A stretch of 63,854 bases of DNA, counting the filler, from Dugesia japonica (lineage: Eukaryota): NCBI GenBank assembly GCA_001938525.1. It is 6 parts of 6 records of this genome, joined end to end, with 100 filler letters (N's around TTAATTAATTAA, not from the genome) between each part and the next. Parts side by side here need not be neighbours in the genome. Positions count along the whole stretch, not along the records: positions 29,764 to 39,471 come from MQRL01640275.1; positions 39,572 to 55,428 come from MQRL01457165.1; 4 more parts are not named here. One strand, written 5' to 3'. The notes below the pieces were generated by a model. The model saw only the letters and a list, made by a program, of their open reading frames with translations, had not been told where the DNA came from and made no database searches. Positions within the stretch are counted from its first letter, which is position 1. Every line of letters starts with the position of its first letter. The translations under genes were made by a program, and so were the position numbers. Positions 31,433 to 43,512 of this stretch are shown here, piece after piece.

Positions 31433-31780
31433 ATGGAATCTATTTGGGAACGCACGGTGGATCGACTTTCCGGCGGCACCACAATCCCTACAATCAAGAT
31501 GCCGGGATCCTGGTAGATAGATAAAATCTACCCCCCTCGAAGCAACTGTTGCTCGTATTCAGAGCTTTGGAGAGCAACTAAACTATCGCCAGGGGAATGG
31601 TCCTGAGCGTAACCACGCCACTCCATTCCGGTACCAACCTCCAGCTCCACCACCAGTATTTTAGGCCTTTATAGCTAAAATGCTCTGGGGTGTTAGGGAA
31701 CCCTCCGGCCTGGCGGATTAGNAAAATACAGTTCCCCCTGATACTAAAAATNCCGACTCTTGATGTTATCATAATCGTAA
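31433..31780 (+). pseudogene. Cassette ORF M2, second copy (frameshifted)
   Basis: NPYNQDAGILVDR*NL motif; occupies the same position between M1 and M3. Confidence 0.55.
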
Positions 31781-31964
31781 AATGTGTGTTTCTTTGAATA
31801 AATAAGTGTCTTAAGTAGTGTTAAAATACTCTCTAGCACTTTGGGAGGATTCCCTTTAATACTGTTATTCAGTGTTTTTATGCTTTAAATAAAGTTGAAC
31901 AGATATTAGTAAATTAGTCAGCAAGTCGATGAAGAGAAATGATTCTTATGATGTTTTCTTTTAG

Positions 31965-32323
31965 TGCATTCATCGTTAAATCGTCCCCCAGCTCCAACCA
32001 AGAAAATTCGAGACACGAGCGAGGACCGCGAAATGACGTGGGACCTCTACCGACTCGCCAAACGATGTCTGGAGGCGGACGTGGCCACTGCGAATAGTAA
32101 AGCGCTCCGTTATAAGAAAAAATGTGTTCTTTTCAAAAAGGAAGCGGAGGCCTCCCATTTACAGGAGCGCACTTGGAAAAAACAAGTGGAATCTTTTTCA
32201 GAGATTATNNNNNNNNNNNNNNNNNNNNNNNNNNNNNNNNNNNNNNNNATTTTGATTCTCCGGGAGAAAATCCCCCTCGAGCCGCTAATGATCGACAAAG
32301 GTACTCAGACGAGCCGCTCCTAG
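31965..32323 (+). CDS. Cassette ORF M3, second copy, ending in DKGTQTSRS
   Basis: Open apart from an N gap; begins at ttcttttag|TG; homologous to 6203-6561. Confidence 0.75.
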
Positions 32324-32443
32324 CTTGATATTGCATTATTGTTTGAATTAATAAATTATTTAATTGTATGAAATTCCTCTGTTACTTGTTTTTCCCGAGT
32401 CATCGACTAAGTATTCATTAATTTGATTGTATTTTTTCTTTAG

Positions 32444-32839
32444 TGNNNNNNNNNNNNNNNNNNNNNNNNNNNNNNNNNNNNNNNNNNNNNNNNNNNNNNN
32501 NNNNNNNNNNNNNNNNNNNNNNNNNNNNNNNNNNNNNNNNNNNNNNNNNNNNNNNNNNNNNNNNNNNNNNNNNNNNNNNNNNNNNNNGTAAGCAAAACGA
32601 CTTGGCAACCCAAACCAAAGCCCTAGAGGCAGAGAACAGGAAATTACTGTTACGAAAAATAGATTTTTTTATTTTTTTTTAATTTTATTTTTTTTAGATT
32701 TTTTCATATCTGACCTCTCCACACAGATTGGGAATCCGCCTGGATTCATTGGAACGATGACGACGATGTCGCCGCCTTCAATTTCACAATAGACGACCCA
32801 GATCAATGGCTAGACCCTAGCATATTAAATGATCTATAA
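32444..32839 (+). pseudogene. Cassette ORF M4, third copy (gapped, T-rich insertion)
   Basis: KQNDLATQTKALEAENRKLLLRKIDF...ISDLSTQIGN...QWLDPSILNDL*; begins at ttctttag|TG. Confidence 0.7.
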
Positions 32840-32896
32840 ATGTTATATTAATAAATGTTCCAAGAAGTATTTGGTATAAAATTTTGTGTAAGTTGA

Positions 32897-33085
32897 GGGA
32901 AAACTATCGAATCCGAATACAAAGGTTTATGGGTGTGCACCTCCCATTAGGAGAGAGGTCAACCGCCATAAACTGAATACCTACCCTAAGGGCGGTAGAT
33001 TAAATTCTTGAACGGGTTCCCCTGAGGGCTGCTTTTTTCCCCAGCCACATTTTTATTACCATCCGACTCAGGTGGAACCCCAACA
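32897..33085 (+). ncRNA. Putative structured RNA, copy C
   Basis: Stems GTTTATG/CATAAAC, ACCTC/GAGGT, CTACC/GGTAG, GGGTTCC-CCTGAG/CTCAGG-GGAACCC, GGCTG/CAGCC. Confidence 0.65.
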
Positions 33086-33099
33086 AATGTAAATTAAGC

Positions 33100-33290
33100 C
33101 AAAATCTGAAAAAAGGCAACAACTTTTGAGTGGTATGTCCAAAATCGTTGGGACAAGAAAAACGGTGAAAGACGAGGATACCTTCAGGAGAGTCAGAAAA
33201 AAGGTTGGAAGATCAAGCCAATAACGTAACAGGAAAACAAATTAAAACCAGAAACAAGAAATCACAAGACATCTAATTTTAGACGNCAAT
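33100..33290 (+). pseudogene. Family M5 remnant between RNA copies C and D
   Basis: WKIKPIT*QENKLK matches WEIGPITTQEIKIK of the ORF at 2624. Confidence 0.45.
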
Positions 33291-33418
33291 AAAACACAAA
33301 GGAAGTTTTGAAAAATTTAGAAATCGAACTATGAATAGGTCACATTTTAGCACCGGATCGAATTATTCCCACTCGACCCGGACATTAATTCATAATTACT
33401 GTTTATTTGGTTAATAAT

Positions 33419-33605
33419 GGGAAAAGTAATGAACCCGAAATAAAGGTATACGAGTGAGCACTTCAAGTATACGTTGGAAGTCAACAGCTTTGTACCGATA
33501 GCCTAATCAGAGACATTAGGTAAATTCTTGAATGGGTCCCCTGAGGGCTGTCTTTTCCCCAGCCACGTTTTTTCTTCTTCTACAAACTCAGTTAGGACCC
33601 CAACA
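33419..33605 (+). ncRNA. Putative structured RNA, copy D (most divergent)
   Basis: Stems GGTATA/TGTACC, ACTTC/GAAGT, CCTAAT/ATTAGG, GGGTCC/GGACCC, GGCTG/CAGCC; 5' GGGAAAAG complementary to loop CTTTTCCC. Confidence 0.65.
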
Positions 33606-33855
33606 ATAATATTTATTTTTATTATTTACCAATTAATTCATTTAATGGTTATTTTTATTCGGTTCCGATTTTTATATCCTTTCTCATACATTTCTGATCT
33701 CTAATTCTTTTCTCGGTTTTACTTATTTCGTTAACTAGCCTGTTTCAGCCCAACATATCGTTGTTAGAAAAATTTGGCTTGAATGACCCATACAGAGGTA
33801 TGGTAAAGAGGTATCATAAATGCTTGTGGGTTTTAAGTATGCCCCTAGACAGAAA

Positions 33856-33950
33856 CGAAAGCCAAATATTAAAAAATTGTGAATGGGAAAGCCAAATATT
33901 AACAAATTGTGAATGGGAAAGCCAAAATATTAACAAATTGTGAATGGGAA
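33856..33950. repeat. Near-perfect 30-31 bp tandem repeat, 3 copies
   Basis: gaaagccaaatattaacaaattgtgaatgg x3. Confidence 0.9.
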
Positions 33951-35371
33951 ATGACAGTGATAATAAAGTTTACATTTCAAAAATCAAAATCCTAAAACCC
34001 CNACATAATTAATAGATTTATATTTATTCATATAGAAACCATTACAGAAAAATTTCTTCATAACTAGCATGACGGATATTAATTTATGATTTCCCCTCAT
34101 TAATATATTATCATAACATTACCAGCTCTAGGATTTAGTATTCATCAATGACGTTATTATCATAATTTCTCGGATGTAATAAACATACAATAAATCATTG
34201 GCTTTCTTTGGATATCCTTACAACGATCTTTTAATTTCCATGAATTATATCATGTGAAAAGATGTCCAGTTCCACAGTCTCTCTTTTCTCTTGTAGTTTA
34301 TCTTGTCCANTTTGCTTATATTTTCCTTTATCATTTTGAATCTAGGAACCGCAAGTGTTTGCACCTTTATTTCAAGGTTCAGTGAATCTTGGCGGTAAAC
34401 TGATTGTTAATTTGATAAAACAATAGCTCTAATTTGAAACATCAATTTGACAAAAACTTTTTGCGTTCTTACATTAACTTCTTTTATTGTCTTTCTAATT
34501 ACGGTAAAACAGTAACTCTTGATAATATCTAAAATTTCGCAGTTATTGTCAGTTCCCACGATATTGGTTTTGTTATAATTAAAGCTATTCAGTTTTCAAT
34601 AAATTATCACTTCATCGGTATATCTATTAATTTTCTGTGCAGCATTCTTTGATCTACATTCGTGAAGACTTAATTTAATTTTTTTTAAAAATTAAGGACA
34701 CCACACAACGCCAATTCAATATTCATACGTTTAATCTAAAATTGATAGAAAATAGTCCTTACTATTTATCCTGAATTGAATATATATCAATATTTTATAA
34801 ATTAGTACAAATTATTTTTTGAAATAAAAATATTATACTAAACGAATTATTACAGAAAATTTTTATAATTCTTTTTAACCAGAATATTACATTATAGAAT
34901 ATTTCATTTAATAAGACCTTTTACTGTTATTTTACAGTCGACCTAAGGTTTTTAAATGTCAATTAAAACCTATTTAATGCGTCATTAAATACCGAATTAT
35001 TCTTGTACATTTTCGTAGGTAATTTTAGAAAATGTAGCGTATTAAACATCATCGATATAACTTGCAGTTTTTATTAACTTATATGTTAACAATCCAGAAA
35101 ATTCATTATAAAATTTAATTTCAATGATAATATCCAAGAATTAGTTTTTTATTAGAACGATTAAATAAAATAAAATAATTCAATAATGAATTAATTCTGT
35201 TTCAAATTTATTAACAATCTAAAATCAGATATAATAGCTACCAAAAAAAAACAACCTCATTATGGAAAACAAAATAAGTTAATAAATATAAATCTAGAAA
35301 TAAGGCTCTGAATAACTATAATATTAATTTAGTAAGAAAAATAAGATATTTCCAAAACATTTTATTCACAT

Positions 35372-35766
35372 TTATTCAGCAACTGGTTCTGAAGCAGTAA
35401 CTTCAAAGTAAACAGATGGTTCAATAGTGATGGAATTAATTTTTTGAACAATATCCTTTGCACCAGTTAAATCCAAAACACGTTTATGAATTTTCATTTG
35501 AAGACGATCCCAAGTTTTTGAACCTTCACCGCATGGAGTTTTACGAACAGTGAGACTTAATTTCTATAAAGATAACAGTTGGAAACATGAAAAATATTAA
35601 ATACTGTAGTTGGCATACGAACTGGACCATGAACTTTAATATTCTTTTGTTTAGCCAAATTAACTAAGTCACTCACTACTTTCTCTAATGGTTTCACTTC
35701 TTTAGATGTAAGAGTAATTCTAATTCTGTCAACTTGTGACACCTCTTCAACTTTCTTATCAGACAT
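35372..35766 (-). CDS. RPS20: 40S ribosomal protein S20 (uS10); exons 35766-35605 and 35563-35372
   Basis: RIRITLTS...GPVRMPTT|[32 protein letters not shown]; 41-nt intron at 35564-35604; probable 5'-UTR intron at 35767-35807 ending right before the ATG. Confidence 0.97.
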
Positions 35767-36604
35767 CTATTTACTATAAATTTTAAAAATTTAAATCACA
35801 ATCTTACTTTTCAAATTTGTTTTTAAAATTGTTATACAAAAATTTAAACAAATTTTTTATTAATAAGCGGGATTTAATTATTTTATAATAAAAAATTCAT
35901 TTTTTTCTTACAATTTAATTTAATATACTATTGACAGTTTTTTAATTTTTCAATAAATAAATGCTTTTGGTAATTGTTGTTATTTAATAAATTCATCTTT
36001 TAAAATTTTAAAAACAATCGAAATACAATTTTCATTTTTATTAAATGAAGTTTTAAATTTGCAAAGGTAAGAGATTTCTACAATTACAATTTCTACAATC
36101 TCAATTTTCAAAAAAAGTAAAAAGCATATGCATTATATATTTTATATTCTTAATTTTTATTAGCTCTCTGAATTTTCGATCAGTCTTCTTTAGAAAATTA
36201 CTTNNNNNNNNNNNNNNNNNNNNNNNNNNNNNNNAATAAGATTTATATCTAAAATATTGGTAGTGTTCTGCCAATTGAAATATTATAAATTTAAAATAAT
36301 AAAAGATGCTGCTGTGTTTTGTTAATTGAATAGGACAGTTAATCAAAATTATTGTAAAATTTCTTACTTTATAACTGTAGACTTTTTAATATTCTTGTTT
36401 TTAGTAAAATCAGGTCTCTAAGGAATTTCTATTTTACATAATTTTAATTTTGGTACCAATTTCAATAAAATAATTTTTAGAAATATAAGCAGTTTGTTAA
36501 GATTTAGTAAAATTAATTACACCTTCAGTTGGTAATCAGGAACACGCAATGTAAATGTATAAAAACTGAAACATTCACTCACACATATATATTGTGTATA
36601 TATA

Positions 36605-37783
36605 CAGTCAAGGGATGGATAAAAAGTGTAATCTTAAACACCCCAATGTTGCGATGTTTTTTTTTTATTCGAAAAACAAATCAACAGTTGTGTGAGTTTA
36701 TATAAGCAGTTTAATTAGAAAGTCTGATAATATGTTATTTATAAATATATATGCTTTAGAAAAGAAAGAATACGGTTTCAACATTACATAAAAAATTTCA
36801 AATATTTTCATTGCCTGATCCTTTGTGTTTAAAACTAGAAATAAACTTCTGGATTCTGGCAAAGATATTTCTTCTCTATTTAAAAAGAAGAAGCATTTCC
36901 GTTAAATGATGATTTTGTTCAACAGTTTCTCGGTATAATTAATGAAAATTATTATGCATCAACGATAAACCTTTTTAATCAACTACACGTGTCGGAATAA
37001 ACGATCAAACGTTCGATACATTGTTACCTAAAATGCACGTCAACATAGTATAATTAGTACAATTAATATCAGAAGAAACAGGTCGAATCGTTTATTGAAC
37101 AAAGTCAAGCATCCTGGGTGTTCTAATATGATATTGTTTATTTCAGATGAAAAGAATCTTGTTCAAGATCACAAGATATATAGAAGGAACGATATATTGC
37201 ATTGCTCCAGTTCTTCTCAGATTTCTATTTTTACGCACACTGAATTTTCATCATCTTTAATGATCTTGGGTGTTGTCAGTAACAAAGGCCATGTCATGCC
37301 TTCGTACTTTCCCCAGAAAGACTTAGAATTAATTTAGTTAATTACATCAAGTTGCTGAACTTCTCTATGAAACTTTGCATTGAAGAAGTGGCCCAAAGAA
37401 GGTCATGCTAGTTAAAACAAGACTCAGCTTCTTGTCACACAACAGCCAAAACACAAGAATGGCTGGCGGAGAACTTTCACGATCACGTGACCCCAAATTT
37501 ATTGCTACCTAATTAATTATGTTTGTATCTCTTGGACTATTTTGTCTGGGCATCGTTGATAAAGAAACGAAAAAACATCCTCACAATAAAATGGGATTCA
37601 TTATAGGCTGCTATAAGTATTGAATTTCTAATTAAAACTAAGGGTGGTTTTATTGAATAAATATTTAGTATATGTTCTTAAAACAATTATATTAAAAAAT
37701 TTTGTAAAAATAATATACTCTCCGTTTTGCCAATAATATTATATTATATTATAGTTTTGTTCTCAAATCGCTAATGCATCCTG
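36605..37783 (+). mobile_element. Tc1/mariner-superfamily (maT/DD37D-like) transposon, degraded
   Basis: FISDEKN, SLMILGVVSNKGHVMP, KQDSASCHTTAKTQEWLAENF, LLDYFVWGIV; ends are approximate. Confidence 0.8.
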
Positions 37784-38879
37784 TATATACGCTATATCGT
37801 GACTTAATGAAAATTAAATAATTACTTTTCTAAAACAAATTTTTTTCTAATATCATTAGGAGTTATACAGTAATATCGATATCAATATTAGACGTTTATT
37901 ATTTGACTCAACGATCGTCCAGTACAAACAGCAAAGATTAGTTATTAGTTAAAAATGTTTTACAACTGAAATGTGACACTATTTATATTAATTTTTCATT
38001 ACACAAAAAACCTTTTAAAGTCAAAAATCCATAATTTTTTTACAAAAACTAATAAAATCTATTTAAATAATCAACAACACCTGCTTAGAAAAACTGCAAA
38101 TTTTCCAATCAATATTTACATGAATTAAATTGTTACATAGTAAAGTGTTTATGCAATAATTTCATCTTTAATTAATTTCTTTTTGGAAACATTTTACCTT
38201 TAGCAATAATTTAACAATAATAATTTTAACAATTTTATATATTATTAAAGATTTAACAGTGTGCAAGTAGATATACAGTAGCACACTGCACCAAACTCCC
38301 CGTCGCTCGCTGACATAATTATATAAAGTGGGCAAGTATTGTATGTGATTTTAATTGGGAAGAAAATTTATACAGTTGGAGAAAAATATTTATTTAGTTT
38401 TAGTCAAATTTTGCTTACAATGGTCGTATTTGGTCAATTTTCGTCAAATAATTAATCGGAATGATCGAATTTCATTGATTTTGGTCGAAATTGGCTAGTG
38501 ATGGTCAAAGACCTTCTCAGATTGGTTGAATTTGGTCGTAGGGATGGCAAATTAGTCAGATTGGTTGTAAATTTGATATATTGGTTAAACAGTGGCTATG
38601 TATATGATGGCTTAGTATCAGCATAGAGTTTCTGAAGCCACTAAACAAAGCTTATCACGCCAGACATGGATCGTTAAGTCATAATATATTGTTACCATCA
38701 CAACTAAATAATTGTAACGTAATTAGTCTAAGGTTATGTAATAATGGGAAATATATATATATATATATATATTTATCTTTTTTCTTAAAACTTCCTATGG
38801 TACGCGATTTTTGCGCCACACTTAATTTCTACGGATCACTCGTCATCAATATGTTGAGATGAATTCGGAATTTAATTTA

Positions 38880-39471
38880 TGTCTATTCTCTGACAGCATT
38901 TTTATGGGTGAACAACTTTTTAANNNNNNNNNNNNNNNNNNNNNNNNNNNNNNNNNNNNNNNNNNNNNNNNNNNNNNNNNNNNNNNNNNNNNNNNNNNNN
39001 NNNNNNNNNNNNNNNNNNNNNNNNNNNNNNNNNNNNNNNNNNNNNNNNNNNNNTTTGTTACTAATTCTTCTTTAGAAAATATCTTGGAACTAGCCAATAG
39101 TATTAATGACAACATCAAATTCACTTTAGAGAAGTCAATCAAGTTTCAGATTCCTTTTCTGGACACCTTAACTCAAAAGAAACGTGGTGAATCATTGCTT
39201 ACCCAGTTGTATATAAAACCATTTCACAGTGGACATATATTACCCTGGAGTAGTAATACTACCATCAGACAGAAAATTGGAATAGTCAAGGGTGAAAGAA
39301 TAAGAGCTGAAAGACTNTCTTCAAACGAAGAAATGAGATGACTTCCCTCAGGTTGATAAAAAATAAATTTCTAAATAATGGGTATCCAAAAAGAACTATA
39401 TCTATCCTCAAATACAGAAGTTAATAAAATCAAACAAAAGACAAATACAGTAATTAAATTACCTTTTATTA
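38880..39471 (+). mobile_element. Penelope-like element reverse transcriptase (C-terminal/thumb region) remnant
   Basis: NSINDNIKFTLEK...IPFLD...LYIKPFHSGHILPWSS...RA...NNGYP is the PLE RT signature. Confidence 0.8.
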
Positions 39472-39571
39472 NNNNNNNNNNNNNNNNNNNNNNNNNNNNN
39501 NNNNNNNNNNNNNNNTTAATTAATTAANNNNNNNNNNNNNNNNNNNNNNNNNNNNNNNNNNNNNNNNNNNN

Positions 39572-42500
39572 AGTCAATAAATTATCATATTATGTAGTGG
39601 CATCAGCTAATTACCGCTTGATATCGAAAAGGATGGATACATAAAGAATTAACCGTCAGAACATTCGACTTCCAGATAGGCCAGTGGCATCAGGGCCAGC
39701 TCCTGTTGTTAATGATTCAGAAAGAAATTCTCAAATTCAATATCAAAAGCAAATCCAGAGAGACTGACCGACAACATCCATGAAGTTCATTACCAGAAAG
39801 TTATGTAATGAATAAAAAGATTTTCCACCTCCAAAAGAATAAATTTTGAGGTCAGGTATGTGTTTTTGTTGTGGTTCAAATGGACATTTCCGCAATAATT
39901 GTCCTCAAAGAGATTGTTTAATTTGTTTAAAATCGGAACATAATTTTAGAAGTCATGGACGGCTTTGGAAATATCACTACGGAAACGATGTTAGATGTAT
40001 TGCGAATGAAACTAATAAAAAAGTTGCAATAGATGTAATTTGCGATGAATAGGATGAAGTAGAGCATGATGTGAACTATTTAAACGATAAGGACTTCACT
40101 GTTCCAATTTCATCTGTGGAATCAAGACAAGTAAGAACAAATCAAAATCAAAATTTAAACGTAGATGACGAGATGTATGTGAAGAGCGATGTAAGAATTT
40201 CAAGGGTGGTTAAAGTGAATAGTAAAGGTGTGGAGATGTTATGTGGCACAGGAACATCGATTTCAGTAAGGAATATGAATGCTTGTTTCCATTGTAAAAT
40301 TAAGAAATAAAATTGAGTGGAGCATTTTCGAGAGAAGCAGTTAAATGCTTAGGCATCTGAAAAGTGAAAATTGAGTATCATAATATGACTGAAACTGTCA
40401 ATTTGGTGTTAGTACAGAGTATAAGCCCAGAGTTCATTGGATAAATAAACATGCTTAAAGTTTTTAATATCCAATTAAAGATGATTGGATTAATCGAGTC
40501 AGATAATGTAATGAATGATATTTCTGATGATGATCATTTAAAGATCACTATGGACGTTTCCAAACCAAGAGTTGACACCTTGAAAATATTGTTAACGCGT
40601 TTCAATTCGATATTCATGGCACATACGCTTGATATGGGTAAAACATACCTAGTTAAACCTCCTATTCATGCAACGGGAAATCTTGTCTTACAACAGCTAA
40701 GACGACAACCGGTGCATCTAGAAGTCAAGATTATTGAAATGATTCAAACATTTGTCAAAAGCGGTATTATAAAAGAATGCAGTAGCCCACGGAACTAACC
40801 TATGGTGATTATTAACAAAAATAATGGAGCTATTCGTATGTGTCAGGATTTCAGATTATTGAAGGAACTAACTGATAAATTTTCTTTTCTTATGTTATTC
40901 GATCATCTTAGTCAGTGTACCATATTCTCAACACTAAATATAAGTCAAGCGTATTTTCAAGTCGGACTAGAAGAGGAGGATAAAATTGAATCCGCGTTTT
41001 TTACAAAGAAATGTCAGTACTTTTATGATCGCATGCCATTCAGCCTATCAACCGCTCCAGCTACATTTCAAAATTTAATGCATATAATTTTGTTGGATAT
41101 TCTATTTAAAGTCATTGTACTTTATATCAATGATATTCTAATCTTTGCGAAAAATCGGAAGGAACATGATCGTATTCTATCAAAAGTATTTCACAGAATT
41201 TAAGCATCTGATCTTAAAGTAAATACAGCCAAATGTAAACTGTATCAGGAAGAGCTCGTGTTTCTGGGTCATACAATAAANNNNNNNNNNNNNNNNNNNN
41301 NNNNNNNNNNNNNNNNNNNNNNNNTTAATGCTGGAATTCCGAAATGTACTAAATAGTTGCGATCTTTTCTTGGAATGGCAAACTATTACAGTAAATTTAT
41401 AAAAAAGTTTTCGCAACTTGATACACCTTTTTATGCTGCTACCGAAGGTCCAAAGCACGAAATAATGTGGACAAAGGAATCCGAGACGAGTTTCGAGTAA
41501 ATCAAGGAAGCTCTTTGTAACTCTCTAATATATGGGTATCCTAATTCAGAAGGTCAATTCATTCTGGATACTGATGCCAGTTTTTCGGGAATTGGTGTGG
41601 TACTGAACCAATCACAAAACGTTATGGAAGTCGAAATAGTAAATGGATCAAGGTTATAAAAAAAGAATATTCCGTGACAAAGAAGGAGTTATTGGCTCTT
41701 TATAAATTTATTCAATATTTTTGGCATTATCTTTATGGGAAAATTTTTATCGCGAGAACCGATGACAAAGCTTTAGACTTTAAAGAATTCGAGATAAGCA
41801 ATTACACCGCAGTTGCAGACTTGTATAAACAAGTTATCAGAATATGATTTCGTATTGAAGTATAAGAAAAATTACCATCATTACAATGCTGATAGTAAGT
41901 CAAGACTGACGTCCAATTATTTTTCACAATGCCAGACCGAACATGAAAATGCGAAGTGTAAATCGTCTAAGGTAAAATATTTAAATGTTATGAACGTTTT
42001 CAGAAGTGATTCACATAATTACATAAAAGAAAGTTAAAAAGATGAATTATTTAAGGAAAGCAAAATTCATTTGATGGACAAAACTGTTAAGTTATCAGAA
42101 ACGGTAAAAGCCTCCGAGTATTTTAAATATTTGCTGTTAATTTGCTTAACTAATTTTGAGAACGAAATTCATAAAGATTTATGCCATGTTCAAATAACAA
42201 AATCAACAAAATATGTATCTGATTAATTTTTCTGGCAGAATATGATTACATATATTCAGAATGCTAACAGAGAACGTCATTTTTGTATGCACAGGGCGGT
42301 TAGTAGTGATAAAGTTAAGGAAAAGTATATACCAAGATACGTAGTTAACCCGATGGAAGAAATTGTGATAGATGCTACATATATCGATCACAGGAAATCC
42401 TATAAAAAATACATGATTGTNATAATTGATCAATTCAGCAAGTTAGTCAGCCTTTATGTAGATAAAAATTAAAACAGAAACACAATGCAAATTGCGTTGT

Positions 42501-43330
42501 TAAATAACTGGAATTACAAATATGGAAAACTTAAACGCATTGTTTCTGATAGACGAAGAATGTTTGAAGGAAATGTTTTACAAGAGTTTGCTTCAAGATT
42601 ACATATTTCATGGATATTTACATCTCCCCATGAGCATAAATCAAATGATTGAGCAAAACGCGCAATTAAAATTGTCAGAGATATGATAGTAACTTACTTG
42701 AAATCTGGAGGAGAGGAGAAGTGTTGAAATGAAATCCTTCCAAAAGTGGAGTTTTCATTCAATAGCACGATATCAAAGGCGAAAGGATTCTCTTCGATAG
42801 AAGCAATCTATGAAAGGAAAATTAATATTCATTCAACGAAAGAATTCAAGAGTAACCGTAAAGAAGTTCTGGAAAAGACCGTGAATCTTGAGAGGAGGGA
42901 GAAACAAATGAGCAACCTGTTCTGTTTGTTGCTTTCAATCAAGCAATGAGGAATCCATGACCCTTCTTTATTCACTTTGCCTAATTGATGAAAATGAATC
43001 GCAATGTTGATTTTAGAGATCCGTAAGCGATCTTCAAATTCCCGTGTTTTAAGCTTTGGGTCTTCATTGATCAATTCACTTTATTATACACTTTGCCTAT
43101 TTGATGCAAATTAATCGTAACCTAAACGAAGCTTCAAAAAAAATGATGAAGTCAAGAAGTTGAAAGGGAATTTAAAGTAAGGGATAAAGTTCTGATGGGC
43201 CTTTCGAAATTATGGAATTCATATCACCGCATCAAGCAAGATTGCAGAATTCAGAAGGTTAGAAATACAGACGTATGGAGTGGCTGAAAAGATGTTAAAA
43301 ATCTGAAAGAGACGGAGAACTTGGAAATTG
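39572..43330 (+). mobile_element. Ty3/gypsy LTR retrotransposon, degraded (gag zinc knuckles, PR, RT, RNase H, IN)
   Basis: CFCCGSNGHFRNNC; RMCQDFRLL; RMPFSLSTAPATFQ; LYINDILIF; FILDTDASFSGIGVVL; IIDQFSK; GPFEI. Confidence 0.92.
42877..43075 (-). mobile_element. TIR-less mariner transposase fragment inserted in the gypsy integrase
   Basis: Inverted high-identity copy of ~43703-43896 (INEDPKLKT...SWIPHCL). Confidence 0.85.
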
Positions 43331-43512
43331 TTGTAACCTTGATGTTTTGTTTATATATTAAAGTGTAAATAATAAATATATTTTTGAATTTCAAGATATC
43401 AATTATAANNNNNNNNNNNNNNNNNNNNNNNNNNNNNNNNNNNNNNNNNNNNNNNNNNNNNNNNNNNNNNNNNNNNNNNNNNNNNNNNNNNNNNNNNNNN
43501 NNNNNNNNNNNN

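Noticed and set aside
32909-33085. Hammerhead ribozyme, dicistrovirus IGR IRES or U4 snRNA identity for the RNA element
   Set aside because: There is no conserved CUGANGA/GAAA core, CAGCC is base-paired here rather than in a loop, and no U6-pairing region is recognisable.
32897-33605. The RNA element read on the opposite strand as a solo LTR (TGTTG...CA)
   Set aside because: I saw no TSDs or adjoining gag-pol, its position in the cassette is fixed, and the G-U-compatible changes favour the other strand. Not fully excluded.
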